A model generated the notes under the pieces. That model was not told where the DNA came from. It ran no database searches and worked only from the letters and a program-made list of their open reading frames with translations. This document shows, in pieces, positions 9,160 through 18,884 of a stretch of 64,000 nt of DNA. This DNA is from an uncultured archaeon (GTDB lineage Archaea; Aenigmatarchaeota; Aenigmatarchaeia; CG10238-14; SCSR01). The stretch covers positions 8,741-72,740 of the forward strand of contig CAZIJH010000002.1 in the NCBI GenBank assembly GCA_964539655.1, given 5' to 3'. Numbering within the stretch: the stretch's first letter is position 1; each line of letters opens with the position of its first letter. The position numbers and the translations under genes are program-made.

Positions 9160-9777
9160 ATGAATGAAAAAATATTGAAAGCCGTGAAGGAACTGAAAGA
9201 GAAATCCGAGAAAAGAAACTTTTCTCAAACTTTTGATTTGATCGTTTCCTTGAAAGATATCGACATGAAGAAGCCCGAGAGCAAGATCAACGAGGACTTC
9301 CCGCTTCCGCACAGCAGGGGAGACGACGCGAAGGTAATAATTTTTTCCGACACTCAAAAGTTTCCTGACGCGGAAGTGATGACCGGAGCCGACATAAATT
9401 CTCTTGCCGCGAACAAAAGGAACGCGAAAAAGATTGCGAGAGACACGGACTTCTTTTTGGCGGAAGCAAAGCTGATGCCTCTGGTCGGTAAGGTTCTCGG
9501 CCAGTCGCTCGGTCCAAGAGGAAAAGTCCCGAAGCTTCTTATCGGAAACATTCCGGACCTGGTGAAAAATTACAGACACGCCGTGAAGCTGAGGACAAAA
9601 GATTCTCCGGTGATACAATGCATGACCGGGAACGACAAGATGCCGGACGAGCAGATCGCGGAAAATATAGAAGCGGTTGTAAACTTTCTGGCGCACAAGC
9701 TTCCGCAAGGCAAGAACAACATCGGAAAGGTCCTGCTCAAAATGACAATGAGCAAGCCTATCAGGGTAGAGGTGTAA
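9160..9777 (+). CDS. rpl1: 50S ribosomal protein L1 (uL1)
   Basis: KRNFSQTFDL, LGPRGKVP, KMTMSKP. Confidence 0.97.
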   Translation: MNEKILKAVKELKEKSEKRNFSQTFDLIVSLKDIDMKKPESKINEDFPLPHSRGDDAKVIIFSDTQKFPDAEVMTGADINSLAANKRNAKKIARDTDFFLAEAKLMPLVGKVLGQSLGPRGKVPKLLIGNIPDLVKNYRHAVKLRTKDSPVIQCMTGNDKMPDEQIAENIEAVVNFLAHKLPQGKNNIGKVLLKMTMSKPIRVEV

Positions 9778-9781
9778 TGAG

Positions 9782-10558
9782 ATGGCGAAAGAACAAAAAA
9801 TAAAGGCGGTCGAGGAACTGAGAAAACTAATCGATTCTTATTCGACAGTCGGAATCATCGACATGAACAAGCTCGGAGCAAAGCAGCTGCAGGAAGTCAA
9901 GAAGGCCCTGCGCAGAAAGGCGAACATAATGATAACAAAGAAAACTATTTTGCTGCGCGCAATAAGATCATCGTCGAGAGAGAAAATCGGCGATCTCGAA
10001 AAACTTGCTCCACTCCAGCCAGCAATTGTGCTGACTAACGAGGATCCGTTCAAATTTTACGCCGTCGCGAGCAAACTGAAATCGCCGACATTCGCGAAGG
10101 AAGGCGACGTTGCGGAGGATGAAATTTTTGTTGCGGCAGGCCCGACAGGATTGATGCCGGGACCAGTCATCAGCGAATTCGCAAAAGTGAAGATACCAGC
10201 CGGTGTCGAGGAAGGAAAAATTTCAGTCAAGAAAGATACAGTAGTTGCAAAAAAAGGCGACAAGATTTCGAAGGATCTCGCGGTCATTTTGAGGAAGCTG
10301 AAGATACAGCCGATCAACGTCGGAATAATAATTTCAGCGGTTTACGAGAAGGGAATGATATACGTGAAGGACACGTTGGACCTTGTAGGGGAAAATTATC
10401 TGAACAAAATCAAGCAGGCTTTCAACGAAGCTTTAAATCTGTCTGTTGCCATAGGTTATCCAACAAAGGAGAACGTGGCTCAACTGTTGGCGAAAGCTTA
10501 CAGGCAGGCACAGGCTGTTGAAAAAATAATAAAACAACCAAGTGGAGGTTCGAATTAA
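9782..10558 (+). CDS. rpl10: 50S ribosomal protein L10/P0 (short C-terminus)
   Basis: AGPTGLMPGP, LRKLKIQP, GYPTKEN. Confidence 0.95.
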   Translation: MAKEQKIKAVEELRKLIDSYSTVGIIDMNKLGAKQLQEVKKALRRKANIMITKKTILLRAIRSSSREKIGDLEKLAPLQPAIVLTNEDPFKFYAVASKLKSPTFAKEGDVAEDEIFVAAGPTGLMPGPVISEFAKVKIPAGVEEGKISVKKDTVVAKKGDKISKDLAVILRKLKIQPINVGIIISAVYEKGMIYVKDTLDLVGENYLNKIKQAFNEALNLSVAIGYPTKENVAQLLAKAYRQAQAVEKIIKQPSGGSN

Positions 10559-10852
10559 ATGCAAGAAGTTTACGCCAGCTTAATACTGCACGATGCGAAG
10601 CAAGCTATCAGCGAGGACAACATCAAGAAAGTTTTGCAGAGCATAGGCAGCACAGTTGACGAAGCCAAAATCAAGGCCTTAGTTGCGTCGCTCGAAGGAC
10701 AGAACATCGACGAGCTCATCAAACAGGCTGCTGTTGCGGTGACCGCCGCGCCGGCTGCTGGAGCTAGCGAGAAGACGGAAGAGAAGAGCGAGGAAGAGGA
10801 GAAGAAGGCGTCTGAGGAAGCTTCGGCTGGATTGAGCGCACTATTCGGCTGA
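10559..10852 (+). CDS. rpl12: 50S ribosomal protein L12/P1
   Basis: YASLILH, Ala-rich hinge, acidic tail GLSALFG. Confidence 0.97.
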   Translation: MQEVYASLILHDAKQAISEDNIKKVLQSIGSTVDEAKIKALVASLEGQNIDELIKQAAVAVTAAPAAGASEKTEEKSEEEEKKASEEASAGLSALFG

Positions 10853-10894
10853 AGTGATTTTTTACTTTCAGCTAGCCATGTAGGTGAAGAAATA

Positions 10895-11227
10895 GTGAAT
10901 AATTCAATCAGGGAAAAAATTGAAAGCGGATATTACTCCGATTCAAATCGTGCTCCGGATCTGAGAGTAATGTTAAGACTGCATGACGAGAACGCCCCGA
11001 TGTCCGTGGAGAATTTGTCAAGCGACACAAAAATTTCCATAGTCACGGTAAAAGATGCTATAATAAGATTACAGGGCCGTTTCTATCTTGATAGAGTTAA
11101 GACATCTTCGGGCCTGAAATATTTACTCACAAAATTAGGAAAGGATTACGCGCTAACCAAAGAAGAAGCGACAAATTCTCATTTGATGATCGGAAAGGTT
11201 CTTGAAATGGAGACTACTGAATGTTAG
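10895..11227 (+). CDS. Winged-helix (MarR-like) protein
   Basis: MSVENLS..ISIVTVKDAIIRL..YLLTKLGK pattern. Confidence 0.6.
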   Translation: MNNSIREKIESGYYSDSNRAPDLRVMLRLHDENAPMSVENLSSDTKISIVTVKDAIIRLQGRFYLDRVKTSSGLKYLLTKLGKDYALTKEEATNSHLMIGKVLEMETTEC

Positions 11228-11631
11228 ACGACAACTGCATTTTCTGCAAAATAGTAGAAGGGAAACTCCCGGCGGTCAAAATTTGGGAGGACGATGAACA
11301 TGTTGCGATTTTGGACCTTTATCCGCGGGTCGAAGGTCAGACTCTCGTCATAACGAAGGAACATTTCGATTCGTACGCATTCGACCTACCGGACGATGTT
11401 TTTGAAAAACTTTTGATGGCGGCGAAAAAAATCGGGAAGACGCTTGACAAGGCGCTCGGTGCCGAAAAGACGGTAATGATAACAGAAGGTTACGGTGTCA
11501 ATCACGTTCACGTCAAACTTTATCCGAACCCTCCCGGAGGATACGAAGGATTCACCACAACTGCATTGGGCCAGAAGGCGACAGTCGAAAGCCTTGAGGA
11601 AGTTGCCAAAAAAATCCGCGAGGCGATCTAA
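11221..11631 (+). CDS. HIT family nucleotide hydrolase
   Basis: CIFCKIV, GQTLVITKEH, variant triad HVHVKL. Confidence 0.92.
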   Translation: MLDDNCIFCKIVEGKLPAVKIWEDDEHVAILDLYPRVEGQTLVITKEHFDSYAFDLPDDVFEKLLMAAKKIGKTLDKALGAEKTVMITEGYGVNHVHVKLYPNPPGGYEGFTTTALGQKATVESLEEVAKKIREAI

Positions 11632-12002
11632 TGGTTGAGCTGAAAGATATTTTCAAATTCCAGAAAGAGTTCGACGAGAAGCACGGATGGATCTGGGACC
11701 ATGCCGACCCGGAAAAGAGAAGCAACATGCTGAAGCTGGGCGCGCTTGCGTTGGCGGGAGAGGCTGGGGAGTTTGCGAATCTTGTGAAAAAAGTCTGGAG
11801 GCAGCTGGACCACGACGGAACGGGCCCGAGCGCGGAGATGGTTAAAAAATTGCAAGAGGAAATCGTGGATGTTTTTATCTACGTTGTAACTTTGAGCGAA
11901 AATTTAAATCTGGACCTTGAGAAAGGTTATTTCGACAAGATGAAGTTTAACAACGAAAGGTTCCAAAAATTCGAGAAGGGAAAAGATGAAACAACTGCTT
12001 GA
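11631..12002 (+). CDS. MazG-like (dCTPase-type) NTP pyrophosphohydrolase
   Basis: LAGEAGEFAN..LQEEIVDVFIY..KMKFNNERF. Confidence 0.88.
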   Translation: MVELKDIFKFQKEFDEKHGWIWDHADPEKRSNMLKLGALALAGEAGEFANLVKKVWRQLDHDGTGPSAEMVKKLQEEIVDVFIYVVTLSENLNLDLEKGYFDKMKFNNERFQKFEKGKDETTA

Positions 12003-12600
12003 ACTCGCTGAAAAAATCCAGAACAAGGAACTGAGGAAAAAGGTAATCGATTTTATCAAGGATCCCACGCCGACACACAAGGATTTCAAGAAATATCCGA
12101 AAGGAAAATGGGATGAAATAAAAACTTGGTTTTCTGTCGGAGGAAGCCCTGTCGAGCGAGATGTTCTCAACCACACTTCCGCAGTCACAGAACTTTGCAT
12201 TTCTATCGCTGACATAGTCGAGAGAAATTACAAGACGACTGTCAACAAGGATTTCCTAATTGCCGGCGCGCTTCTGCACGACGTCATGAAACTTGTGGAA
12301 TGGAAAATGGGAGAGCTCGGTCCGGAGCACACAGGAATCATGCTCGACCACTCAATCATGGGATCCGCGGAACTTTACAGCAGGGAATTTCCGGAGGAAA
12401 TCATCCACATAGTCGCGTCGCATTTCGGCGAACACGGGCCAACCGCTCCAAGAACGATAGAGGCGTACATAGTCTACAATGTCGACAGCTTCCTAGCGAT
12501 GATAGAATACAACATCAACCTTCCGAAGCAGAAAGCGCAGCAGCTTCCAATGATTTTGTTCGACGACGAAACGATTAAGAAACTCGGCGAGAAATCTTAA
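11986..12600 (+). CDS. HD-domain phosphohydrolase
   Basis: NHT, LLHDVMK, DH, HIVASH, VD. Confidence 0.88.
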   Translation: MKQLLELAEKIQNKELRKKVIDFIKDPTPTHKDFKKYPKGKWDEIKTWFSVGGSPVERDVLNHTSAVTELCISIADIVERNYKTTVNKDFLIAGALLHDVMKLVEWKMGELGPEHTGIMLDHSIMGSAELYSREFPEEIIHIVASHFGEHGPTAPRTIEAYIVYNVDSFLAMIEYNINLPKQKAQQLPMILFDDETIKKLGEKS

Positions 12601-12603
12601 TAG

Positions 12604-13710
12604 ATGTCAGAAGAACTTATTTCTAAAACGATAAAACCCGCGACTGATTTTATTGGAAAAATAAAGAAAGACAGCAGGGTCACGATAGTTTACGGGCATG
12701 ACAACGATACGATATGCTCAGCAGCAATAATTTACAAACTTATTGAAAAGAAATTCGGAATAAAATCAAAACTCGTCGTGTCCGAATTCAATTTCAAACT
12801 TGGCGAAAGTTCTTTTGATGAAATCAAAAAATCCAATCCAGAATTCGTGATTGTTCTCGACATCGCGGAAATCCCGAAAATCACCGAGGTGTTCTTAGAA
12901 AATTATGAAACCATTGTGATAGATCATCACGGACCGTCAATTTACAAAAAATTGGCATATTCCAATCCAATGCTGCACGACAAAAAATCCTACATACCAG
13001 TGACTTACATTTCTTACAGGATTTACAAAACGTTTTTCGACCCAAAAGAAATTTTGTGGATAGCTGGCATCGGGACGTTGGCAGATCATGGAGTGAGACA
13101 GACTACCGACCTTTTCAAGGAAATCAAGAAATACAATTATGAGTTGGTCGATGACATTGAATTCGTAGATGAAAAAATGTTTGACTCTACAACGTTAGGA
13201 CTTTTATCAAAAATGTTCGATTCTGCAGCAGTAGTGAAAAATATCGAAGGGGTCAGGCTTGCAGAAAAAATCCTTATCGAATCCGGTTCGTACAAAGACA
13301 TACTGCAATTGAAAAATGCAGACATCAAAAAACTTTCGTCATTGTATGAAACCAAAAGAAAAGAATTCGAAAGGCTGGTCGATGATTTTCACAAGAACAA
13401 AAAAGAAATCGGGATGTTTCTGATTTACGAGATAAAATCAAAATTGAAACTCAAATCAAATCTCGCTGGATACATACAGCAATTCTACAAAGACAAAATA
13501 ATCGTTGTCTACCAGCTACAAAAAGATTTTTACGAGATGAGCTTCAGGAGAGGACCGGATGTTAAAACAGATTTAAGAACTGTTGCAAAGTTTTCTGTAA
13601 GATCTATTGAAAATTCCAGCGCCGGGGGGCACGAGCCGGCATCCGCCGCAAGAATTCCAAAAAAAGATTTGGACAAATTCGTTGAGAATTTGAAATTATA
13701 TTCTGAATAA
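12604..13710 (+). CDS. DHH/DHHA1 phosphoesterase (RecJ/NrnA-like)
   Basis: HDND, LDI, IDHH, GTLADH, GGHEPASAA. Confidence 0.88.
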   Translation: MSEELISKTIKPATDFIGKIKKDSRVTIVYGHDNDTICSAAIIYKLIEKKFGIKSKLVVSEFNFKLGESSFDEIKKSNPEFVIVLDIAEIPKITEVFLENYETIVIDHHGPSIYKKLAYSNPMLHDKKSYIPVTYISYRIYKTFFDPKEILWIAGIGTLADHGVRQTTDLFKEIKKYNYELVDDIEFVDEKMFDSTTLGLLSKMFDSAAVVKNIEGVRLAEKILIESGSYKDILQLKNADIKKLSSLYETKRKEFERLVDDFHKNKKEIGMFLIYEIKSKLKLKSNLAGYIQQFYKDKIIVVYQLQKDFYEMSFRRGPDVKTDLRTVAKFSVRSIENSSAGGHEPASAARIPKKDLDKFVENLKLYSE

Positions 13711-13786
13711 TATGTTATGGACTATGGGAAATCTACTCCCCCGAAAAACGCCTAAGCCGACGCGACAAAATAATTTTTAGATTGAC

Positions 13787-13972
13787 ATGAAATGCAAAAA
13801 ATGCAGCTCGCCGAGACTCATGAGCTTCATAGACGGAGACGGACAGCACAGGCTGTTCTGCAGGATCTGCTCGATAAGCTTCCTGGATTCTTCTTTTAAG
13901 GTCCCGCGCCAGATCGAACTTCGTATGCCAAGAATATACAAGAACAATGCGGCCCTTGTGAGGAGAGGATGA
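13787..13972 (+). CDS. Small zinc-ribbon protein
   Basis: CKKC..CRIC. Confidence 0.55.
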   Translation: MKCKKCSSPRLMSFIDGDGQHRLFCRICSISFLDSSFKVPRQIELRMPRIYKNNAALVRRG

Positions 13973-14133
13973 AAATGATGATGACTGTCGCGAGCGCCCA
14001 GGTTGAATTCCTGATTGACGAGAACGGCAACAAGAAGATGCGCGTGAACATTTTCAAGAACGGAAAGACGTACGGATTCATGAAGCCGGTTGTTTCTTTT
14101 AAGGGAGAGCAGAGCCTTCGAAAATCCTTATAG
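13969..14133 (+). CDS. Small hypothetical protein (54 aa, not in ORF track)
   Basis: ATGA overlap with upstream stop, SD-like GAGGAG; MKMMMTVASAQVEFLIDENGNKKMRV... Confidence 0.5.
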   Translation: MKMMMTVASAQVEFLIDENGNKKMRVNIFKNGKTYGFMKPVVSFKGEQSLRKSL

Positions 14134-14260
14134 ACCATTCCGCTTCGCCAAGGTCTCTGCTATTTCCCAATTTCCTAATTTTTAACATACAACTATAATT
14201 TGCTTCCATTAAAATGGAAAAAGAATTTAAGCTGGGCCGAGACATTAAGAAGTAGTTGAA

Positions 14261-14815
14261 ATGGTAGACGGAATCCTTCTTTGGGGAATAGTCGGGCTTG
14301 CGGGACTTTTCATAGTCGTCTTTGTCTATTACTACAACCGCGTCCGCGAACTTTCCAACAGGATCGGCAACGCGTGGTCGCAGATAGACGTTCAACTGAA
14401 AAAGAGGGCGGACCTAGTTCCGAATCTTGTCAGCACAGTGAAGGGATACATGAAGCACGAGAAGGACGCGATAAAGATGGTCACCGAAGCCAGGGAAAAG
14501 ATGATGGCCGCCGGAGGCATGAAAGAAAAGGCGAAGGCGAACGACCAACTTTCAAAGGCTCTGAAAACAATTTTTGCGCTTGCTGAAAACTATCCGAACC
14601 TGAAGGCGAGCGAGAACTTCACACTGCTGCAGGAGCAGCTGGAAGGAATAGAAAACAAAGTTGCATACTCGAGACAATTTTACAACGATTCTGTTCTGGA
14701 GTTCAACAACCTGATCACGACCATACCGGGCAAATGGTTCGCTGGCGGAAGAACGACGAAGGAATATTTCGAGGCTTCTGAAAAAGAAAGAGCGCCGGTG
14801 AAAGTTGAATTTTGA
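14261..14815 (+). CDS. lemA: LemA family protein
   Basis: AWSQIDVQLKKRADLVPNLV, AENYPNLKASENF, SRQFYND. Confidence 0.96.
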   Translation: MVDGILLWGIVGLAGLFIVVFVYYYNRVRELSNRIGNAWSQIDVQLKKRADLVPNLVSTVKGYMKHEKDAIKMVTEAREKMMAAGGMKEKAKANDQLSKALKTIFALAENYPNLKASENFTLLQEQLEGIENKVAYSRQFYNDSVLEFNNLITTIPGKWFAGGRTTKEYFEASEKERAPVKVEF

Positions 14816-14816
14816 A

Positions 14817-15707
14817 ATGAAAGCAGTAAACCTTTTCGACCAGATCAATCTCAACAAAAGAAATTCTGTACTTCTAAGTTTCCTTGTCATCGCAGTTCTG
14901 ATGTCGCTCGTCTACGTGATAATGCAAATCTTCACTTCCGGATTTTCGATAGGCATACTGACAATCTCGGGACTCCTGATAATTCTGTACACGTATTTCA
15001 CGTACCAGTACGGGGACAAAATCGTAATTGCTGCGACCGGAGCAAGACTTGTTCAGGACGAGAGAAAATACGCACATCTTGTAAATTCAGTCGAAGGACT
15101 CAGCATAGCGGCGGGCATACCAAAACCGAAAATCTACGTGATGGAGAGCGACGATATCAATGCGTTCGCGACTGGTAAGGACCCGAAAAACGCAAGCATA
15201 GCGGTCACGAGAGGAGCGATCGAAAAACTAAACAGGCAGGAACTCGAAGGAGTGATAGGACATGAAATATCACACGTGAGAAATTTCGACATAAGATTTG
15301 CGACAGTAGTAGGCGTGATGGTAGGACTGGTCGCGATAATCAGCGACATGTTTCTGAGGTCGATGTGGTACGGTGGTGACAGAAGGGACAGGGGAAAGGA
15401 AGGAGGAATTTTAATTTTGATCGGGCTTGTGCTTGCCGTGCTCGCTCCGATCGTAGTCAGGCTGGTCCAGCTTGCGATATCAAGAAAAAGAGAGTATCTC
15501 GCAGACGCGTCGTCCGCACAGCTGACAAGATATCCGGACGGTCTCGCCGACGCTCTTGAAAAAATTAAAAAGAACCACAACAAGATGAAAATCAGCGATG
15601 CTGTCTCGCATCTTTTCTTTGACGATCCGACAAAGACCCATCTAGACAGCCTTTTCGCAACGCATCCGAGCATCGATTCAAGAATCAAGCTGCTAAGAAG
15701 CATGTGA
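14817..15707 (+). CDS. htpX: Zinc metalloprotease HtpX (M48)
   Basis: NAFATG, HEISH, SRKREYLAD, THP. Confidence 0.95.
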   Translation: MKAVNLFDQINLNKRNSVLLSFLVIAVLMSLVYVIMQIFTSGFSIGILTISGLLIILYTYFTYQYGDKIVIAATGARLVQDERKYAHLVNSVEGLSIAAGIPKPKIYVMESDDINAFATGKDPKNASIAVTRGAIEKLNRQELEGVIGHEISHVRNFDIRFATVVGVMVGLVAIISDMFLRSMWYGGDRRDRGKEGGILILIGLVLAVLAPIVVRLVQLAISRKREYLADASSAQLTRYPDGLADALEKIKKNHNKMKISDAVSHLFFDDPTKTHLDSLFATHPSIDSRIKLLRSM

Positions 15708-15737
15708 TTTTTAAAGTTTGGTTACTTACTGTTATTC

Positions 15738-16259
15738 ATGGGCTCGTTCAACAAGGAAGTTGAAATGAAATTTTTTCTTGACAAGTTCCCAGAAAAGTTA
15801 AAGGATGCCCCGTTCAACGAATCAGAAGAAGTCGACGAATATTTCATGAATGACGAAATTGCAAAGGAAGGCAGGTTATATCTCAGAATACGAAGCAGGG
15901 GAATCAGGAAAGTTTTAGAATTAAAGGAAATAATGAAACACGGATACGATACCGGAGTTTGTAATGCAGAAGAAACTGTAATTGAAATATCAAACGACGA
16001 TTACGAGGACATCAAAAAGATTTTGCAGAAAGTTTTGCCGTTAAAATTCACAATCAAGAAAATTAGAAAGAAGATGAAATTCAACGAATGTGAAATTTGC
16101 ATAGATGACGTCGAGCAGTTGGGAAAATTCATCGAGGTCGAAGGAACCGAGGAAAAAATTCTGGAAACGTGTAAAATATTGGAAATAGATATGAATTCTG
16201 TCGACAAGAGCGGTGGCTACGCACAAATGATGCTTAGGAAGATCGGTGCGATAAATTAA
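15738..16259 (+). CDS. CYTH-domain (class IV adenylate cyclase-like) triphosphatase
   Basis: EVEMKF, LRIR, ICIDDVEQLGKFIEVEG. Confidence 0.88.
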   Translation: MGSFNKEVEMKFFLDKFPEKLKDAPFNESEEVDEYFMNDEIAKEGRLYLRIRSRGIRKVLELKEIMKHGYDTGVCNAEETVIEISNDDYEDIKKILQKVLPLKFTIKKIRKKMKFNECEICIDDVEQLGKFIEVEGTEEKILETCKILEIDMNSVDKSGGYAQMMLRKIGAIN

Positions 16260-16912
16260 TTTTTGGATTTCATCACGACAAACAAATGATGCTTCTCGTA
16301 CGGATCCAATTCAACCTTCTCAAGAATTTCAAAATGCTGCTCCAAAACGGTCAGCGCTTCCTTGTAAATCTCGCGCGGATTTTTCGTGACATCTATCGAC
16401 TGGCTCTTGATAGCAATCATCGCGTGGCCTTTCGGCTTCAAAAATTTCTGGGCGTTCCTGATAAGAATCTCAATCTGGTCGGGACTTGCAACGTCTTCGA
16501 AGACCAAATCAACTTTCTCGAAAATCTGGTTCTCATATTTTTCGGGCATCCTTGCGTCGGCAAGTATAGGTATAATATTTCCGCGACTTTCTGCAACTGC
16601 GATGAGATCGCGCAAAACTCTTTCTGCAATGTCAACGCCGTAAATTATTCCCTCGCTTCCTATCACGTCTGAAAAATGAGACGAGGTAGTTCCGCTAGCT
16701 ATCCCAAGATAAAGAATCTTCATCCCCCTTTCAAGCGGGAAAAATTTCAATCCGTTCTTCAACGCGGCAGCCGGCTTGCTCCTGTAATAATCCCACACCC
16801 TGTATTCAACGCCGTCTTTCATGACAAGCTCTTCGCCGTAAACTTTTTTTCCCGGAACAAGATTCGGCGTCAGGAATTTCCCTTTCTCCCTCAGAATATT
16901 TTCAGGCAACAT
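16256..16912 (-). CDS. flpA: Fibrillarin-like rRNA/tRNA 2'-O-methyltransferase
   Basis: VYGE, YRVW..RSK, LYLGIASGTTSSH, LDPYEKHH. Confidence 0.96.
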   Translation of the reverse strand: MLPENILREKGKFLTPNLVPGKKVYGEELVMKDGVEYRVWDYYRSKPAAALKNGLKFFPLERGMKILYLGIASGTTSSHFSDVIGSEGIIYGVDIAERVLRDLIAVAESRGNIIPILADARMPEKYENQIFEKVDLVFEDVASPDQIEILIRNAQKFLKPKGHAMIAIKSQSIDVTKNPREIYKEALTVLEQHFEILEKVELDPYEKHHLFVVMKSKN

Positions 16913-16916
16913 AATA

Positions 16917-17990
16917 TCATTTCGATTTTAGAATTCCGTTTATCCTTTCTTCCATTTCCTTTCTCATCTTGTCGCCCTTGTATTCCTTGCTGTAGTAATC
17001 AAGCTTGGCCGCGATGGAAAGCTTGGAAGAAATTATCCTCGCTACTTTTCCCTTCAGCTGTTCTGGCGCGTTCTGCACAAGCTGATGGTTGAAAATAAGT
17101 CCGAACCGCGGAGACTTTCCTTTGCCGTGCAAAAATCTGAACAATGCTTTTTCTGCGCCAAGAAGCTGTATCGTGCTCGACGGCATTCTCGCCAATTTGT
17201 CGAGACCTCCGGCTTTCGATATCAACTTCGCCGACAGCGACGCCCCGGCAAGATCGGTGAAATTCGGTGCAACTTCCTTTAACATTCCTTCCAAATATTT
17301 TGAAAGGTTTTTTCTTAGCGCATAGATTCTGTTTATCTCAGCCGCGAACAATTGTATTGTTTTGATGTCCTCTTCCTTGAGGTCGGCTCCCATGCTTTTT
17401 GATTTCAATTCTTTCACGCTCTCTTCGTCCACATTTTCCCTGCTGCCAAATTTCTCGACAAGAAGAGCAAATTTCTCGTGATTCTGCACAGCCCTGTCCA
17501 TCTCAGGAAAATGAAGACCGTACCATTCTCTAAGCCTCTCGACAAAAATATTCACGCACTTGTCAATCTCCTCTATCCCTCCGTTAGCCTGAACTATGAG
17601 ACTGTCGCGCCCGACAGCTTTCTTGATCTTGACTTTCGCCAATTCGAGGTTGAACTTTGTGAAAAACTGGTTGAACTCTATCTGGTCCTTGACGAATTTT
17701 TTCTCGATTGCGAATTTTCTGAGATTGTCCTTCAAAAACTGCTCGGCATCGCTGTTGAATTCCACATGCCTCGCCCCCTCCTTTCTCGAAGTGAAAACGA
17801 ATTCCCTGTAATTTTTCCTGCCGAGTTCGTTCCTGACCAGCTTCTCCTCGTCGAGCATTTCTATCTCAGATCTCTTCACCTTCTCGGCGACTTTTGCGGA
17901 ATCCTTTTCAAACGGCTTGAATGCAAGGACCTTCTTTTCCTCGCTTACTCCGAACACCCCGATGAAAGTGGGGATTATGTAAACCTTCAT
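16917..17990 (-). CDS. nop5: C/D box RNP protein Nop5 (Nop56/58)
   Basis: RLREWYGLHFPE, PSSTIQLLGAEKALF. Confidence 0.96.
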   Translation of the reverse strand: MKVYIIPTFIGVFGVSEEKKVLAFKPFEKDSAKVAEKVKRSEIEMLDEEKLVRNELGRKNYREFVFTSRKEGARHVEFNSDAEQFLKDNLRKFAIEKKFVKDQIEFNQFFTKFNLELAKVKIKKAVGRDSLIVQANGGIEEIDKCVNIFVERLREWYGLHFPEMDRAVQNHEKFALLVEKFGSRENVDEESVKELKSKSMGADLKEEDIKTIQLFAAEINRIYALRKNLSKYLEGMLKEVAPNFTDLAGASLSAKLISKAGGLDKLARMPSSTIQLLGAEKALFRFLHGKGKSPRFGLIFNHQLVQNAPEQLKGKVARIISSKLSIAAKLDYYSKEYKGDKMRKEMEERINGILKSK

Positions 17991-18044
17991 AGGATTTTAT
18001 TTATGAGACAAAGACTTAAAAGCCAATAGGTAGCTAGATTCTAT

Positions 18045-18785
18045 ATGAAAGAAAAACTGGTTTTGCTTATTGCGAAGGACTGTTCCTACATCGTTGACAC
18101 TACGAAAGACTTTCACACTAAAGACGGGGTGATAAGATCAAAGGATCTTACGAAAAGCAAATTCGGATCGGAGATCAAGACCAGCATGGGAAAGAAATTT
18201 TATCTCGTAAGGCCGACCGTCAACGACGTCATCACCAAAAAATTGAAAAGAACTGCGCAAGTAATCCTTCCTAAAGATATTTCGCTTATTCTCGCTTACA
18301 CTGGAATCTCTCCAGACAGCTTCGTTGTCGATGCCGGAACGGGCAGCGGATACCTATCAATTTTTCTGGGATATTATCTGCAGCGCGGAAAAATTGTCAC
18401 ATACGAAGAGAACAAGGAATTTCACAATGTGGCGAAGGAGAATGTCAAGATAACCGGTCTGAAAAATATCACATTGAAAAACAAGAGTATAACTTCGATC
18501 AGCGAGAAGAATTTCGACATTGCAACCCTCGACATGCAGAAAGCCAGCAAAGTCATATCAAAAATATATTCTCGGCTGAATGTTGGCGGATGGCTTGTAG
18601 TCTATTCCCCGACCGTCGACCACCTTTCATCTGTCGCAAAGGTCCTGAGGAAATTAAAATATTCGGAGATCAAAACCGTAGAAAACATTGTGAGGGAATG
18701 GCAGACCGAAAGGACTATCAGACCCAAAACATTGGGATTAATGCATACGGGATTCATTACTTTTTGCAGAAAACTGGGGTTGTAG
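18045..18785 (+). CDS. trmI: tRNA (adenine-57/58-N1)-methyltransferase
   Basis: QVILPKD, DAGTGSG, HTGFITF. Confidence 0.92.
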   Translation: MKEKLVLLIAKDCSYIVDTTKDFHTKDGVIRSKDLTKSKFGSEIKTSMGKKFYLVRPTVNDVITKKLKRTAQVILPKDISLILAYTGISPDSFVVDAGTGSGYLSIFLGYYLQRGKIVTYEENKEFHNVAKENVKITGLKNITLKNKSITSISEKNFDIATLDMQKASKVISKIYSRLNVGGWLVVYSPTVDHLSSVAKVLRKLKYSEIKTVENIVREWQTERTIRPKTLGLMHTGFITFCRKLGL

Positions 18786-18849
18786 TTTAACTTGGTCAGA
18801 ACTTCGGTTTCGGGTGCCGATGATCCGAGTTCAAATCTCGGCAACCCCA
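18776..18849 (+). tRNA. tRNA-Pro(CGG)
   Basis: Acceptor GGGGTTG/CAACCCC, anticodon arm TCGGT-TTCGGGT-GCCGA, T loop GTTCAAATC. Confidence 0.93.
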
Positions 18850-18884
18850 TTAATTAATAAAATCCAGACTACAAATTTTAATTT

